A stretch of 62,419 nucleotides of DNA, counting the filler, from Chiloscyllium plagiosum (Eukaryota), in the NCBI RefSeq assembly GCF_004010195.1. It is 5 parts of one record of this genome, joined end to end, with 100 filler letters (N's around TTAATTAATTAA, not from the genome) between each part and the next. Parts side by side here need not be neighbours in the genome. Positions count along the whole stretch, not along the records: positions 34,436 to 52,990 come from NC_057712.1; 4 more parts are not named here. One strand, given 5' to 3'. The translations under genes were made by a program, and so were the position numbers. The notes beneath the pieces are model-generated. The model searched no databases and had not been told where the DNA came from. It was given only the letters and a program-made list of their open reading frames with translations. This document shows, one piece after another, positions 38,195-51,200 of this stretch; within the stretch, counting starts at the first letter, position 1, and each line of letters opens with the position of its first letter.

Positions 38195-40248
38195 TTTTTT
38201 TTATTTCAAAAATATACTTTATTCATAAAATATTTTGATGGTCTGTACAGTTAGTCATGCCATACATACATAAACATTCAAATTCTTGGCATACAGAGAT
38301 CAGAATTTATCATTTGTATATACAGGTCTGTACGTTTATCAATCATATATCCATATATTTAGCTGAGGCGTCAGCAGAGCCCAAATGACTGCGTGGGCCC
38401 CCTGTTCTTCTCAGACAGGCATATATTACATGGTGGTCTTTCCCCACCGCGCCTTGGCGGCAGCTGCCCCAAGCTTCAGCGCATCCCTCAACACATAGTC
38501 CTGAACCTTGGAATGTGCCAGTCTGCAACACTCAGTCAGGGTCAACTCCTTCAGCTGGAAGATCAACAGGTTTCGGACCACCCAGAAAGTGTCCTTCACT
38601 GGGTTGATGATCCTCCAGGCACAGTTGATGTTCGTCTCAATGTGTGTCCCAGGGAACAGACCGCAGAGGACGGAGTCCCGCGTCACGGCGCTGCTCGGGA
38701 CGATCCTCGACAAACACCACTGCATTCCTCTCCAGACTTCTGCATAGGCACATTCCAGAAGGAGGTGTGTGACAGTCTCGTCCCCCCTGCAGCCGCATAT
38801 GGTGTGGCTGAGAGTTCGGGCGTGTATAAAGAGCCCTTCTCACCACCAGCCAAGCCATGTCTTGGTGCTTGTTGGAATGTTCTGGTGATGAGGCATTCTG
38901 CCAAATGGCTTTGACAGTCTGCTCAGGGAACCACTCGATAGGATCCACCCTCTCCCTTTTCCCGAAGGGGCTCAAGGACACTACGTGCTGACCACTTCCT
39001 GATGGACTTGTGGTCAAAGGTGTTTTTCTTCATAAACTTCTCCACGAAGGACAGGTGATACGGAACGGTCCAACTACTCGGAGCTTTCCGCGGCAGCGAG
39101 GCCAGGCCCATCCTTCGCAACACCGGGGACAGGTAGAACCTCAGTACGTAGTGACACTTGGTGTTTGCGTACCGGGGATCCACGCACAGCTTGATGCAGC
39201 CACACACAAAGGTGGCCATCAGGGTGAGGGTGGCATTGGGTGTACTTTTTCCCTGTTGCCCAGATCTTTATACATCCAGTCCCTTCGGACCCGGTCCATC
39301 TTTGATTTCCATATAAATTGGAAGATGGCCCGGGTGACTGCAGTGGCACAGGTTCTGGGAATAGGCCAGACCTGTGCCACATATAACAGCAATGACAGTG
39401 CCTCACACCTGATGACCAGGATTTTTCTCGCGATGGAGAGTGTCCGTAGCTTCCATCTGCCCAGTTTCTGCCTCACTTTGCTGATACGCTCCTCCCAAGA
39501 CTTGGCGCATGCCCCAGCCCCCCCCAAACCAAATAGCCAGCACCTTCAGGTGGTCAGTCCTGATGGTGAAGGGGATTGAGGATTGGTCGGGCCAGTTCCT
39601 GAAGAGTATGACCTCGCTCTTGCCTCGGTTTACCTTGGCCCCCAAGGCCCATTCGAACTGGTCACATATGCACATGAGTCTGTGCACGGTCAGTGGATCC
39701 TAGCAGAAAACGGCGATGTCATCCATGTATAGGGAGGCCTTGATTTGTAGGCCCCCGCTGCCAGGAATAGTCACCCCTCTCAGGCTCGCATCCTTCCTGA
39801 TGGACTCGGCAAATGGCTCTATGCAGCACACAAAGAAGGCAGCAGAGAGAGGGCAGCCCTGCCTGACTCCAGATCTGACTGGGAAGCTATCTGATTCCCA
39901 CCCATTGATTGAGACTGCACTGACAATGTTGGTGTAGAGCAGTCTGATCTAATTGCAGATTCCATCCCCAAAGCCCATTTTGGAGAGAACATCTCTCATA
40001 TACATGTGTGATATCCTGTCAAAGGCTTTCTCCTGGTCGAGGCTGATCAGGCAGGTGTCCAACCCTCTGTCCTGCACGTAGGCGATCGTATCCCTGAGGA
40101 GAGCGAGACTCTCAGCGATCTTCCTGCCCGGCACAGCACAGGTTTGGTCAGGGTGAATCACTGACCCCAGAGCAGACCTGACCCGGTTGGCGATGACCTT
40201 TGACAGAATTTTGTAATCCGCATTCAACAGTGAGATTGGTCTCCAATG
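38195..40248 (-). mobile_element. Tx1/L1-clade LINE, 5'-truncated ORF2 with poly(A) end
   Basis: WRPISLLNADYKILSK, SLDQEKAFDRISH, GVRQGCPLS, LYMDD. AATAAA and A-tail at about 38195-38225 (minus). Confidence 0.92.
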
Positions 40249-41292
40249 TTTGAGTTTCCGCAGATGCTGCCAGACCTGCTGAGTTTCTGTGTTTTCCATG
40301 TTTATTTCTCCAAAGCATTATACTCCATCTGCCCATGTGTTGCCCATTCAGTTAACCTTCCTAGATTTCTTGCCAGATTCTCATTGTCCTCTTAGCAACT
40401 TACATTTCCACCTGGCTTCATGTCATCAACACATACATGACACTCAGTCCTCTCATATAGATTGTAAGTAGCTGAGGCCCGGGCACTGATCCATGTAACA
40501 CTCCTCCAGATTACAGCCTGACAACTTTACATATCCTGTTTCACTTTACTCTTTGCCTTTTCCTTCTTTAAATCCGAGCTGCCCAGATTCCCTGAAAGAT
40601 CTTGTTCTTGGGTCTATCCATGTCATTTGCTCCTACATGGATCAATCAGATCCTGCTCCTCCTGCATTCCCTTCTCCAGCCTTTAGCCAGACCCAGGGAC
40701 AGGCTGTACAACCTGCAGACTGCTCAATGGTGACCGTACAGAACGTTATCTCCCTGATTATACCAACCCCGAACACAACAGGGTGTTCTTCTCACCCAGC
40801 AATTGGCATGACCTGATCCTCCACACTCTGGTGGCTGTGGTCTGTTTACCCTTTACATTATTGTCCTTCTTCTTGGTGACTCATGTCACACTAACCTGCC
40901 TGGAGTTCCCTGTTTCCTCTCTCCCTCCAGTTTTGAACACCAATGATACAGTGGTCACTTACCAATCTGCTGACGCTGTTAGAGAATCTGCGGAGTATAG
41001 AAGATCACAAACCATTGGATCCAGTCGTCCGACAGTCAACTTCTTTAAGAATCCTAGGATGCAGGTTACCAAGTGCGTGGAATATGTCAATGTTTAATCT
41101 TGATTTAGATTCTCTAGTTTTAATTCCTTTCTGTAACGATTGCACCAATGCCACCAATTCTCATCACCCCTTTGGTACTCAACAGGGTGCTTCTGATGTT
41201 TTATTTTGTTAACCATGAAGACAAATATAAAATATCATTTTGACCATGCTGCCATTTCCTTCTTCCCTGTTGCATAGGTAAAATCACCAGAG

Positions 41293-41448
41293 GAGAATCG
41301 ACGTTTCTGGCAAAAGTCCTTTCTGATGAAGGCTTTTGCCCGAAACGTCGATTCTCCTGCTCCTCGGGTGCTGCCTGACCTCCTGCGCTTTTCCAGCACC
41401 ACACACTCTCGACTCTGATCTCCAGCATCTGCGGTCCTCACTTTCACC
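41293..41448 (+). mobile_element. Short Penelope derivative with 5' inversion and hammerhead core
   Basis: ctgatgaaggcttttgcccgaaacgtc. Perfect 14-bp TSD taaaatcaccagag at 41279-41292 and 41449-41462. Confidence 0.85.
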
Positions 41449-42207
41449 TAAAATCACCAGAGCCCTACTGTACTGCTCTCTCATTCGAGAGAGACTGGTG
41501 GCAGGGGGAGAGGGTGAGATGGAGAGGCCACATAGTCTCCTCAACCAGTGCACAAACTGAACCCATGTTGCTGGCATCGCTCTGTATGAGAAACCTGCTA
41601 TCCAGCATACTGACTCCCTTCCTCCCTAGTGTAGCAGATTCCTGAATCAGTTTCTCTGAGTCTAACAATTATTTTGGCTGCTCTCCTTTCTACTTACAGA
41701 AGCTGCTTGTACGTTTCTCGCTTGTTTACACGCATAATCTGCATCCCCCATAATCAATAGAGTCACAGAGATGTACAGCACGGAAACAGACCCTTCGGTC
41801 CAACCCATCCATGCTGACCAGATATCCCAATCCAATCTAGTCCCACCTGCCAGCACCCGGCCCATATCCCTCCAAACCCTTTCTATTCATATACCCACCC
41901 AGATGCCTTTTAAATGTAATTGTACCAGCCTCCACCACTTCCTCTGGCAGCTCATTCCATACATGCACCACCCTCTACATGAAAATATTGCCCCTTAGAT
42001 CTCTTTTATATCATTCCCCTCTCACCCGAAACCTACGCCCTCTAGTCCTGGATTCCCCCACCCCAAGGAAAAGACCTTGTCTATTTATCTTATCCATGCC
42101 CCTCATGGTTTTATAAACCTCTATAAGGTCACCCCTCAGCCTCTGACACTCCAGGGAAAACAGCCCCAGCCTGTTCAGCCTCTCCCTATAGCTCAAACCC
42201 TCCAACC

Positions 42208-42674
42208 TTGTTCAAAAAGGGGAGTAGGGATAACCCTAGTAACTATAGGCCGGTGAGTCTCACTTCTGTTGTGGGCAAAGTCTTAGAGAGAATAGTAAGG
42301 GATAGGATTTATGCACATCTAGATAGGAATAATGTGAACAAGGATAGTCAGCATGGTTTTGTGAAGGGCAGGTCATGCCTCACAAACCTTATTGAATTCT
42401 TTGAAAAGGTGACAAAGGAGGTTGATGAGGGGAAAGCGGTAGATGTGGTATATATGGATTTTAGTAAGGCGTTTGATAAGGTTCCCCATGGTAGGCTACT
42501 GCAGAAAATACGGAGATATGGCATTGAGGATGAGTTGGAGGTTTGGATTAGGAATTGGCTGGATGGAAGAAGACAGAGGGTAGTAGTTGATGGCAAAGTT
42601 TCTTCATGGAGTGCCGTCACTAGCGGTGTTCCGCAAGGATCTGTTTTGGGACCATTGCTGTTTGTCATTTTTAT
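42208..42674 (+). mobile_element. Young CR1 RT fragment
   Basis: Uninterrupted [49 protein letters not shown]. Confidence 0.95.
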
Positions 42675-42910
42675 AAATGACAAACAGCAATGGTCCTAAA
42701 ACAGATCCTTGCGGAACACCGCTAGTGACGGCACTCCATGAAGAAACTTTGCCATCAACTACTACCCTCTGTCTTCTTCCATCCAGCCAATTCCTAATCC
42801 AAACCTCCAACTCACCCTCAATGCCATATCTCCGTATTTTCTGCAGTAGCCTACCATGGGGAACCTTATCAAACGCCTTACTAAAATCCATATATACCAC
42901 ATCTACCGCT
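42435..42910. repeat. Near-perfect inverted repeat (236-bp arms, 4-nt spacer)
   Basis: 42435-42670 pairs with 42675-42910 without indels. I saw two mismatches. Confidence 0.95.
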
Positions 42911-44165
42911 AGATAGAGAAACTCTCCAGCCAGAGAATGGTGAATCTGTAGAATTCATTGCCACAGAAGGCTGTGGAGGCCAGGTCATTGAGTGTATTCA
43001 AAACAGAGATAGGTAAGTTCTTGATTGCCAAAGGGATCAAAGGTTACAGGGAAAAGGCAAGAAAATGAGGTAGAAAACCATGATTGAATGGCAGAGCAGC
43101 CTCGATGGGCCAAATGGCCTAATTTCTTCTCCTATGTCTTAAGGTCTTACATAGCTCTGACTAGCCAGCTCCAGGCCAGTCCCAAGACTGAGGAGACTTT
43201 CTGAATCTCAGGCTGTGTCAGCTAAGAATCCCCGATTGGCCCAGGTTAGCAACCCCAATTAAGAACCTCAGTCACTGAGGTCCATCTTGCCGTGATTCCA
43301 AAGCGGGCATTGGATAGGTATATGGAGGATAGTGGGTTAGTATAGGTTAGGTGGGCTTGGATCGGCGCAACATCGAGGGCCAAAGGGCCTGTACTGCGCT
43401 GTATTCTTCTATGTTCTATGTTCTATGTTCTATGTTCTAACCCTGGCAACATCTTTGTAAATCTTTTCTGAACCCTTTCAAGTTTCACAACATCCTTCTG
43501 ATAGGAAGGAGTTCAGAATTGCACGCAATATTCCTATCAATATTTTATCATCATTTGCTGCTTTCTAAAAGTCTCCCTGTGTACATGTTTAACTACATTT
43601 CTCTCAACATAACAAGCTCCTTTTTTGTCTAATGTTCCCCATCGTTTTGGGAGATCAATTTTCTTGTGGAGTTTGTGTTTGTCAATAGAATATGCTTTCA
43701 TTAAGAATTTTCTATTATTCCTTTCTATGTTTGCTAATGTTCATCATCTTCCACCCCCTCTCCTGACTGCTAACCAATCCACGGTGATCCCAACATGGTC
43801 AGAGAGCAATGTCTCACAGCTGACTTACCTTCTGTATGCAGCCTGCTGTATTGATATGACTTTGCAGCTGTCCAGGATTGGGGAATTGGGGAATGGGGAG
43901 GTTGCACTCACAACCAGACTTGGCCTCTTCCATATAGAGCACAGAGACCTTCAGCCAGTGATGAGCTGCCTTTCAGAAACAGGGTTAGATTGAGTGGAGA
44001 CAGGAGCAGTAGGAGAGCTCCCTGACTCTACAGTCCTTATGTTGACTCTGACCATCCCCCTCTCTGTGAGCACACTGACCCCTCCCTTCACCTGCTGCTG
44101 GAGATGAAGTCCTTAGTGCACAAGCTGGCAGTGGGAGCCAGGCAGGCGATGGCAGCTCATGTAGA

Positions 44166-44468
44166 AAGATTAGATTACTCACAGTATGGAAACAGGCCCT
44201 TCGGTCCAACAAGTCCACACTGACCCGCCGAAGTGCAACCCTCCCAGACCCATTCCCCTACATTTACCCCCTCACGTAACACTATGGGCAATTTAGCATG
44301 GCCAATTCACCTAACCTGCACATTTTTGCACTGTGGGAGGAAACCGGAGCACCCGGAGGAAACCCACGCAGACACGGGGAGAATGTGCAAACTCCACACA
44401 GTCAGTTGCCTGAGGCGGGAATTGAACCCAAGTCTTTGGCGCTGTGAGGCAGCAGTGCTAACCACTGC
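44166..44468 (-). mobile_element. HE1-type tRNA SINE
   Basis: Reverse complement closely matches 35560-35860. Confidence 0.88.
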
Positions 44469-44829
44469 CAGGGGTGGTGGAGGCAGATATAATAGGGGTG
44501 TTTAAGAGACTTTTAGATAAACACATGAATATGCAAGGGCTGGAGGAATGTGGACAAAGGGCAGGCAAAAGGGATTAGTTTAATTTGGCGTCATGTTCAA
44601 TGTGCCGAAGGACCTGTTCCTGTGTGCTGTCATGTTCTGTGTTCTATGTTCTAATTTTCAATCTAAAGTCTCGTCATTTAGCAATTAACTAAATGTTGCA
44701 CTTTTGATTGGGTACAGTGTAATTGTAACTGTAAAACAATAATTAACCAGCTGATGCTGGTTTGATCCAGTTTCAGAAACCTTTAAATTTGGGCTCATGA
44801 CTTTGATTCATGCTGCCTTGACTCACAAG

Positions 44830-45360
44830 TTTGTTATGGTGCAGATGGAGGCCATTTGGCCCATCATGTTTGCAGAGGCTAATTGAGCATTTGAGGTTTT
44901 TTTTGCCAATCTCCTGCCTTTTCCCTGTGACCCTCTGACCCTGCACGCTGTTTCCATCCAAATAATCATCCAATGCCCTCTACAATGCCTCACTTTGAAC
45001 CTACCACCATCATATTTCCAGGCAGTGCATTCCAGACGCTAATCATTCGTGTGAAAAAGATTTTTCTCATTTTGCATTTGCTTCTTTTGCAAAACGCCTC
45101 AATACTTTGCCCTCTGGTTCTTGAATCTTTTTACATCTGTGAATCGTTTTTGTTGATCTACTCTGTCCAAACACCTCAAGCTTTTGGAAACATCTACCAA
45201 ATCTCCTCTTAGCCTTCCTGTCTCCAAGGAGAACAGACCCAAGTTCTCCAGGCTTTCCTCAAAACTGAATTGTCTCATCCCTAGAACCAATTTCCTAAAC
45301 CTCTTCTGCATTCTCTGCAATGCATTCAGACCCTTCCTAAAGACTGATGTCCAAAACTGT
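44830..45360 (-). mobile_element. CR1 3' fragment
   Basis: QFWTSVFRK..LGLFSLETGRLRGDL. Confidence 0.8.
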
Positions 45361-45779
45361 ATAGATAGTATACTGTACTCGTTTGAGTACATGAGACAAT
45401 AAAGCTAATTCAATTCAGCTGAGTGTCCTACATGGGTTCATTTCAACCTCTTTACTTTTATACTCTATGTCCTGTTTACAAAGCCTCGAATACGGTGTAC
45501 TCTACAGCTCTCTCAACCAGCTGTCACTTTTAATTACTTATTCCAAATAACCTGTTGGATTATAACCTGGTGTCATGTGATTTTTAACTTTGTCCACCCC
45601 AATCTAACACCAGTGCATCCAGAATAATGACTTATGTACCCATAAGTCTCTTTGATCATGTGCACTCTTATGAAGATTGTCCTTAATTCTAAAGTCCTTT
45701 AGGGAGGACACCATTGTCTTTACCAGGTCTGGCCTATGTATGACTCCAAACCCACAGCAATGTGATTGACTCTTAAACT

Positions 45780-46262
45780 CAGAGGAGGCAGGAACTAAAT
45801 GGGCAGGATTTACACCTTCGACGGTTGCAGGAGAAGATGCCTTGGGGCTGTGGGGATGTGTTGAGAGTGAAAGAGAAGTGGACCAGAGTGTCCTAGCAGA
45901 AGGCTGACAAGGGAGGAGAGGGGAATATGTGTCTGCTGGTGGTACCCAACTTGAGGTGGTAGCAGCTAATGGTCCTTTGAATGCTGGTGGGATGGTGGGT
46001 GAGGACAATAGGAACCCTTCCACTGTTGAGGGCAGGAAGAGAAGGAGTGAAGGCTGAATTGTAGGAGATGGGTCAGACCTGGGCTGAGGACCCTGCTGAG
46101 GAATCCGCGGTTGGACATTTTGGAGATTCATCATCGGGACATAATGTGACGGACCTGGAGAAACTGGGAGAATGGAATGTAGTCTTCACAGAAAGCAGGC
46201 TGTGAGGATGGATAGTCAATAGAACTGTGGGAGTCAGTGGGTTGGTAGTGGATATTAGTGGG
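45780..46262 (-). mobile_element. Degenerate Penelope fragment
   Basis: THSHSSIDY..H...C...IPFSQFL..R..S; similar to 30330-30880. Confidence 0.65.
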
Positions 46263-48256
46263 CCCAGAAAAAAAAAACAGATTTACTATTATCACATGTA
46301 CTGTGATGCAGTGAAAAGTATTGTTTTGTGTGCTAACCAGACAGATCATCCATTAGGGTAATAGAACAGAATGCAAAATATCATGTTACAGCTACTGAGA
46401 AGTTGCAGAGAAAGATCAACTCGAATAGATGAGAAAAATATACCTGAGCTCACTACTTCGACTGCAGATCCACCCGAAGATGCTGAGAATCAAACAGTTG
46501 GATGCTGCCTGAACTGCTGTGCTCTTCCAGCACCACTAATCCAGAATCTGGTTTCCAGCATCTGCAGTCATTGTTTTTACCTAGTGAATTCACTGCTCTG
46601 AGGGAACATCGATATTTTGAGTTTTTGCTTCATTCTGTCTGTCGTCCTCAGGATGATAATTGTAGGAACAGGAGCTGATCAAGAGGCAGCTGATTTCCGT
46701 CATGAAGTTTTCTGCCTTCAGTCCTTGGGGCACATTTCATTCAAATTCAGTCTGGTCAGGAGCTCACTGTTTGCTGCCCTGTTTTGGGCCAGTTCATTAT
46801 CACTCGTGTCAGAGAGAGGCAGCTTGTCAGGGTGTGTTTGATGATGATTCTTTCCAGAATCAATTGTTCAGACATTCGAAGGGCAGCAGATAATCTCAGC
46901 AAATACTGAGGCTGCTTTCCCACCATCTCTCACAGATGGAAGGATGACAATCAATTTGCTGATCATGTTTGTTTCTGAGTCCTGTGGGAAAATGTGAAGC
47001 ATGTTTTACACAGAGAGAGAATTCCTACTTTAAGAAATTACATTAAAATGTAATCCTTTTTCCAAGGATACTTCAAAGCCATTTTCTCTTTATTTAAATA
47101 AAACTTATTTGTGCATTTGGGCCATGTTATCACATACATTCCACTCAGTCACAGCACATCAGAATTGCTAATTTTAAAGGTTCACCCGTTTTACATAAAA
47201 GGACAGTAGTTTTAATTCATTATGTTATTACAACAGTCACTATTGGAAAGTTTGTGTCTCGCCTTTTTTCACTATCAATCCTGTCAAAGTGCCTCACTTG
47301 GAAGTATATCCTTGACCTTCCGTTCTGCAGCTCCACCATCTCCAGTTCACCCCTCATCCCCGAAATCATTCAAGCCTATGTCTCCTGAAGATGTCTGAAC
47401 ACGGGTATCAGACAGCCAAGAAAGAAAACAGGATCTTGGCTTTATAAATAGAGGCAGAGAATACAAAAAGAAAGTGTGTGGTTGAAGCCTTTACCAGCGA
47501 TTTTAACGAAGAGAATACGTTGGTACTAGAAGAGATATGCTATGTATTCATATAAATATGAACAGTGAGTAAACCTCGTTTAACTCTGACAGAAATCATC
47601 ACCTTGGGAATCCAGGTCTCAGGAAAAGGATACAATCCTGATCAGCTTGTTCTGAAGAAGGGTCACTGGACCTGAAACATTGACTCTGTTTCTCTGTTCT
47701 ACAGATGTTGTCAGACCTGCTGAGATTTTCCAGCAATTTCTAGTTTTGTTTCTGATTGGCTTAAGGTGGGGATATTATTCAAAGGATTATTCTCTCAGTC
47801 TCAATGGAAAAGAGTATTCAATGTTTAGATTAGAAGCCTGATTGGTACTAAGGAACTGTTCTTGCTAAAGAGAGCAAAACCTTTGAAGAGATAATTACCC
47901 AGAGATTAGATAAAGGCAGCAAGTCTGTTGCTATGTTTGTGCCAGTTCATTTTACTTGCATTGCTAAGAGATGGAAAGATGTCTTTGTCAGCTTGTCAAT
48001 CGCCCCTTGGCATTTGACTTTTTGTTTTAGTTTTCAGTTTCGAAATGATCAGGATCAAATTTTGTCCATTTGAAATTTGCCTATTTGGATAATGAGGTGG
48101 AAAACTGACTTAGACATGCTGCACCTGGACGTTTGGGCTCTTGGCCCTAATTCAATGTGAAAAATTAATTGATGTTCTTTACGGTTTTGATAATCACAGG
48201 AAAGCAGTTAATACAGCAGTATATGTATGTGCAGACATAGCAGGGAATAAGGAAGG

Positions 48257-51200
48257 TGTAGTGATTGGAACCAGGTGGATCTCATTAACTCCAAGGTCAT
48301 TGGTAGGGTTGTTAACCTGGGCTGCCAATCAGGAAGCCCTGGCTGATCAACATTAACAGGAGATTAGAATCTCCTCTGTTCAGAGAACTGACTCCAAGCT
48401 GGCTGGCAACGGCCAATGTATTGTGCACAAGGAAATAAAGGGTGTCTTGGTGACAGGATACTGGCCTCAGTGCAGTTACTTCAGTGGTGATGAGAGAAAA
48501 CAGGATGTGCCTGAAGAACATTTGCTTGCAACTGTCATCTTAGAGTCAGGGAAAGCAGTTCTGGCATCATGCCTTTATTTGGGAAGCTTGACTCATTTGA
48601 TCCTGCTGTTAAAGACTCAGCCCAGTATGTGGAAATAATGTGATTTTTATTTACAGGCAAATGACACTGGGACAGATGAAAACCAATCAGTAACCTTTCT
48701 GAATGCTTGTGGACCTGCAGCATTTTCAGTTATAAGGGGCTTAACTTTCTCAAAGGCACCAGACACTAAAACCTTCCAAGAGTTGACAGAGTCTCTAATC
48801 CTGAGGTACGATCGGTTTTATTCGGCTGTTAGAGAACCAGGGGAATCAGTGTTGGGACTTTTGACGAGGTTGAGGTGCTGAGAGACCATTTGATATGTAG
48901 GATTAATGAAATAAAAACGCAGCAACATCTACTAAGTGAAGCCCAACTGGACTTCAAACAGGCTTCAACCTGGTTTGCCATTAGAAGATGTGACAAGTGG
49001 ACCATGGGACCTGCAGGGCATCCCAATGGAAGTGGACTCCCTCACCTGTCCCACTGAGCTTGGGAAACACCACTCAAGTGTAGGCAATTGCAGAACCTTA
49101 TGCAGGGCATATCCCGAGCAGAGGGACCCTAGGCCATCCCACTGCAAAGCCACAGAACAAAGCTGAGCCTTGGTCAAGTGGCTAAAATGTTCCTCGGTCA
49201 TCTGGGCTGGCAAGCCATTGTAGTTCCTGCCGGTATGTGGACTTGAGACAGCAAAGGAGTCCTACAAGGCCTGACCTGAGGAGGAAAACTTGTAGGCCGG
49301 TACCCAGGAGAGTGCACACCCTGAAAAGTCCCCCTACATGTGGGTTGGAACAATTAAATTGCTTAGCGACATCTAAATCAGAACAAATTAAAATTAATGT
49401 TCGGTTAAATGATCACCCAGTTCCCATGGAGGTCGATACTGGCGCAGAATCTGTTTTCAACAAGACGTATTTGGGATTCCAACTATTATGTTTGCACAAA
49501 ACCTCAGCCATGCTGAGAATGTACACTAGAGAACTATTGCAGAATGAGGGTATGACTTCTGTTCTGGTCTCCTAGAGAAGCAGCTAGTTGAGTTACCTCT
49601 GATGGTAGTAAAAGGCTTGGGCCCAAGCCTGATGGGGTGAAGTTGGTTGAAAAAAATTCACTTTGATTAGCTCAACATTTTTCGACTAGAAAATGGCTGC
49701 CTCAGTGAAGTCCTTGTGAAATACCCTGGAGTATTTCAGGAAGGGCTTGGGTCTACCAAAAAGGGACAAAGCCACTTTCCATGTTGACTAGGAGGCAATT
49801 CTGAGATTTTACAAGGCCCCGCCCAGTGCCGTTGGCCTTTTGGACAAAAGTAGAGGCAGAAATCAGGAGAGCGAAGGGATCATCGAACCAGTACAGCTTG
49901 TGGAATGGGCAGTCAAACTGATTGTGAAGCCTGACCACTCAGTTCACCTTTATGGGGATTTTAAACAAATGGTAAACTGCTTCACGCAGCCGGATAAATA
50001 CCCGATCCCTCACATAGAGGACTTGTGCACAAAGTTGCCAGCGGGGGGGTAGTTCTGTCCTTTAGGAAAATGGGCATGAACCAGGCCCACCTGCAATTGT
50101 AACTGAATGAGGACTCCCAGAAGTACACTACAATTAATACCAATAAGGATTTATACCAATACACAAGACTACCATTTGGAGTATCATCAGCTTGTGCCCT
50201 TTTCCAGTGGACCATGGAGAATATTTTCCAAGGGCTTGTGATGAAGCTGCCCCTTTATGGTGTCCTCATTTTTTTTGAGAGAGAAATAGTAAAAGACGCA
50301 GGCTTTGAAAAGTCTGTGGCTTAAAGGGTTTTGGGGCCAATTTGATTATAGCTAACAGATGCTGCCTCCAACAAAAGGCTTTTAAGTCTTTAAAAAAAGC
50401 ACTTGTACAATGAAAGGAGAATGGCCAGTTCTTCCCAGCTCAGCGTATCTCTGGTTTGTGTGGTCTGGCTATTCACTGAAAACAGTCAGGCAGTCGTAAA
50501 AGCTGCTGGACCCACTCTTATGCGCCATGGGGTGTTAATGGGGATTGTTGCATGTATTTGGAACAGCATCATTAAGTTGGGATGATCTGTTGGGTTTTCT
50601 GATAAGTTATTCTGTATTCTGTTTTCTTTTGTTTGTGTTTCATTCAGCAACCTTGTAAATAAATTCTGTTTTGTTTAAAACTAAGAGGTTTGACCAGCTG
50701 CATCACTCCTGAAATATCCACTATACACCTGCTTATAAAATGAACAACGTTAGGGTCTGGGATACTTTTCTGAAATGTTTTGAGGGAGTCTGGTCCATAA
50801 CAGGCTACCTCAGGTTGTATTTATCTGGGTGATGTACTACTAACAGGGAAGACCAATAAAGAGCATTTGGAGAACTTGGACATAGTGCTTAAACATTTCT
50901 CCCAGGCTCCTTAGATGGGAACAATATGTGTTCCAACAATATGTGACCTACTTGGATTACAGAGTCGGCAAGACCGATTACACCCCTTTGAGGATAAGTG
51001 AGGGTGATCAAAAGAGTCCCAGCTCCTACATACCAGAGCTTTGGTCTGTCTTTGTGTTAGTGAATTATTACAGAAAATTCATACATTACCTAGCCTCCAC
51101 CTTGATACCCTTACACCTGTTATTGGAAAAGGGTCAGCCCTGGGAATGGTTGTGTAGCCAAGAAGTCACCTTTCGGGACGAGAAGAAACAGCTATTGTCA

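Larger units (their letters stand above)
41757..43533 (-). mobile_element. CR1 3' end split by a chimeric insertion (42208-43438)
   Basis: ...ctcaaaccctccaacc (ends 42207) resumes as aaccctggcaac (43439). The same junction is continuous in the copy near 24065-24085. Confidence 0.85.

Noticed and set aside
46580..46981. Minus-strand acceptor ttttcccacag followed by unique sequence
   Set aside because: All three frames stop within about 40 codons and there is no homology. At most a non-coding exon.
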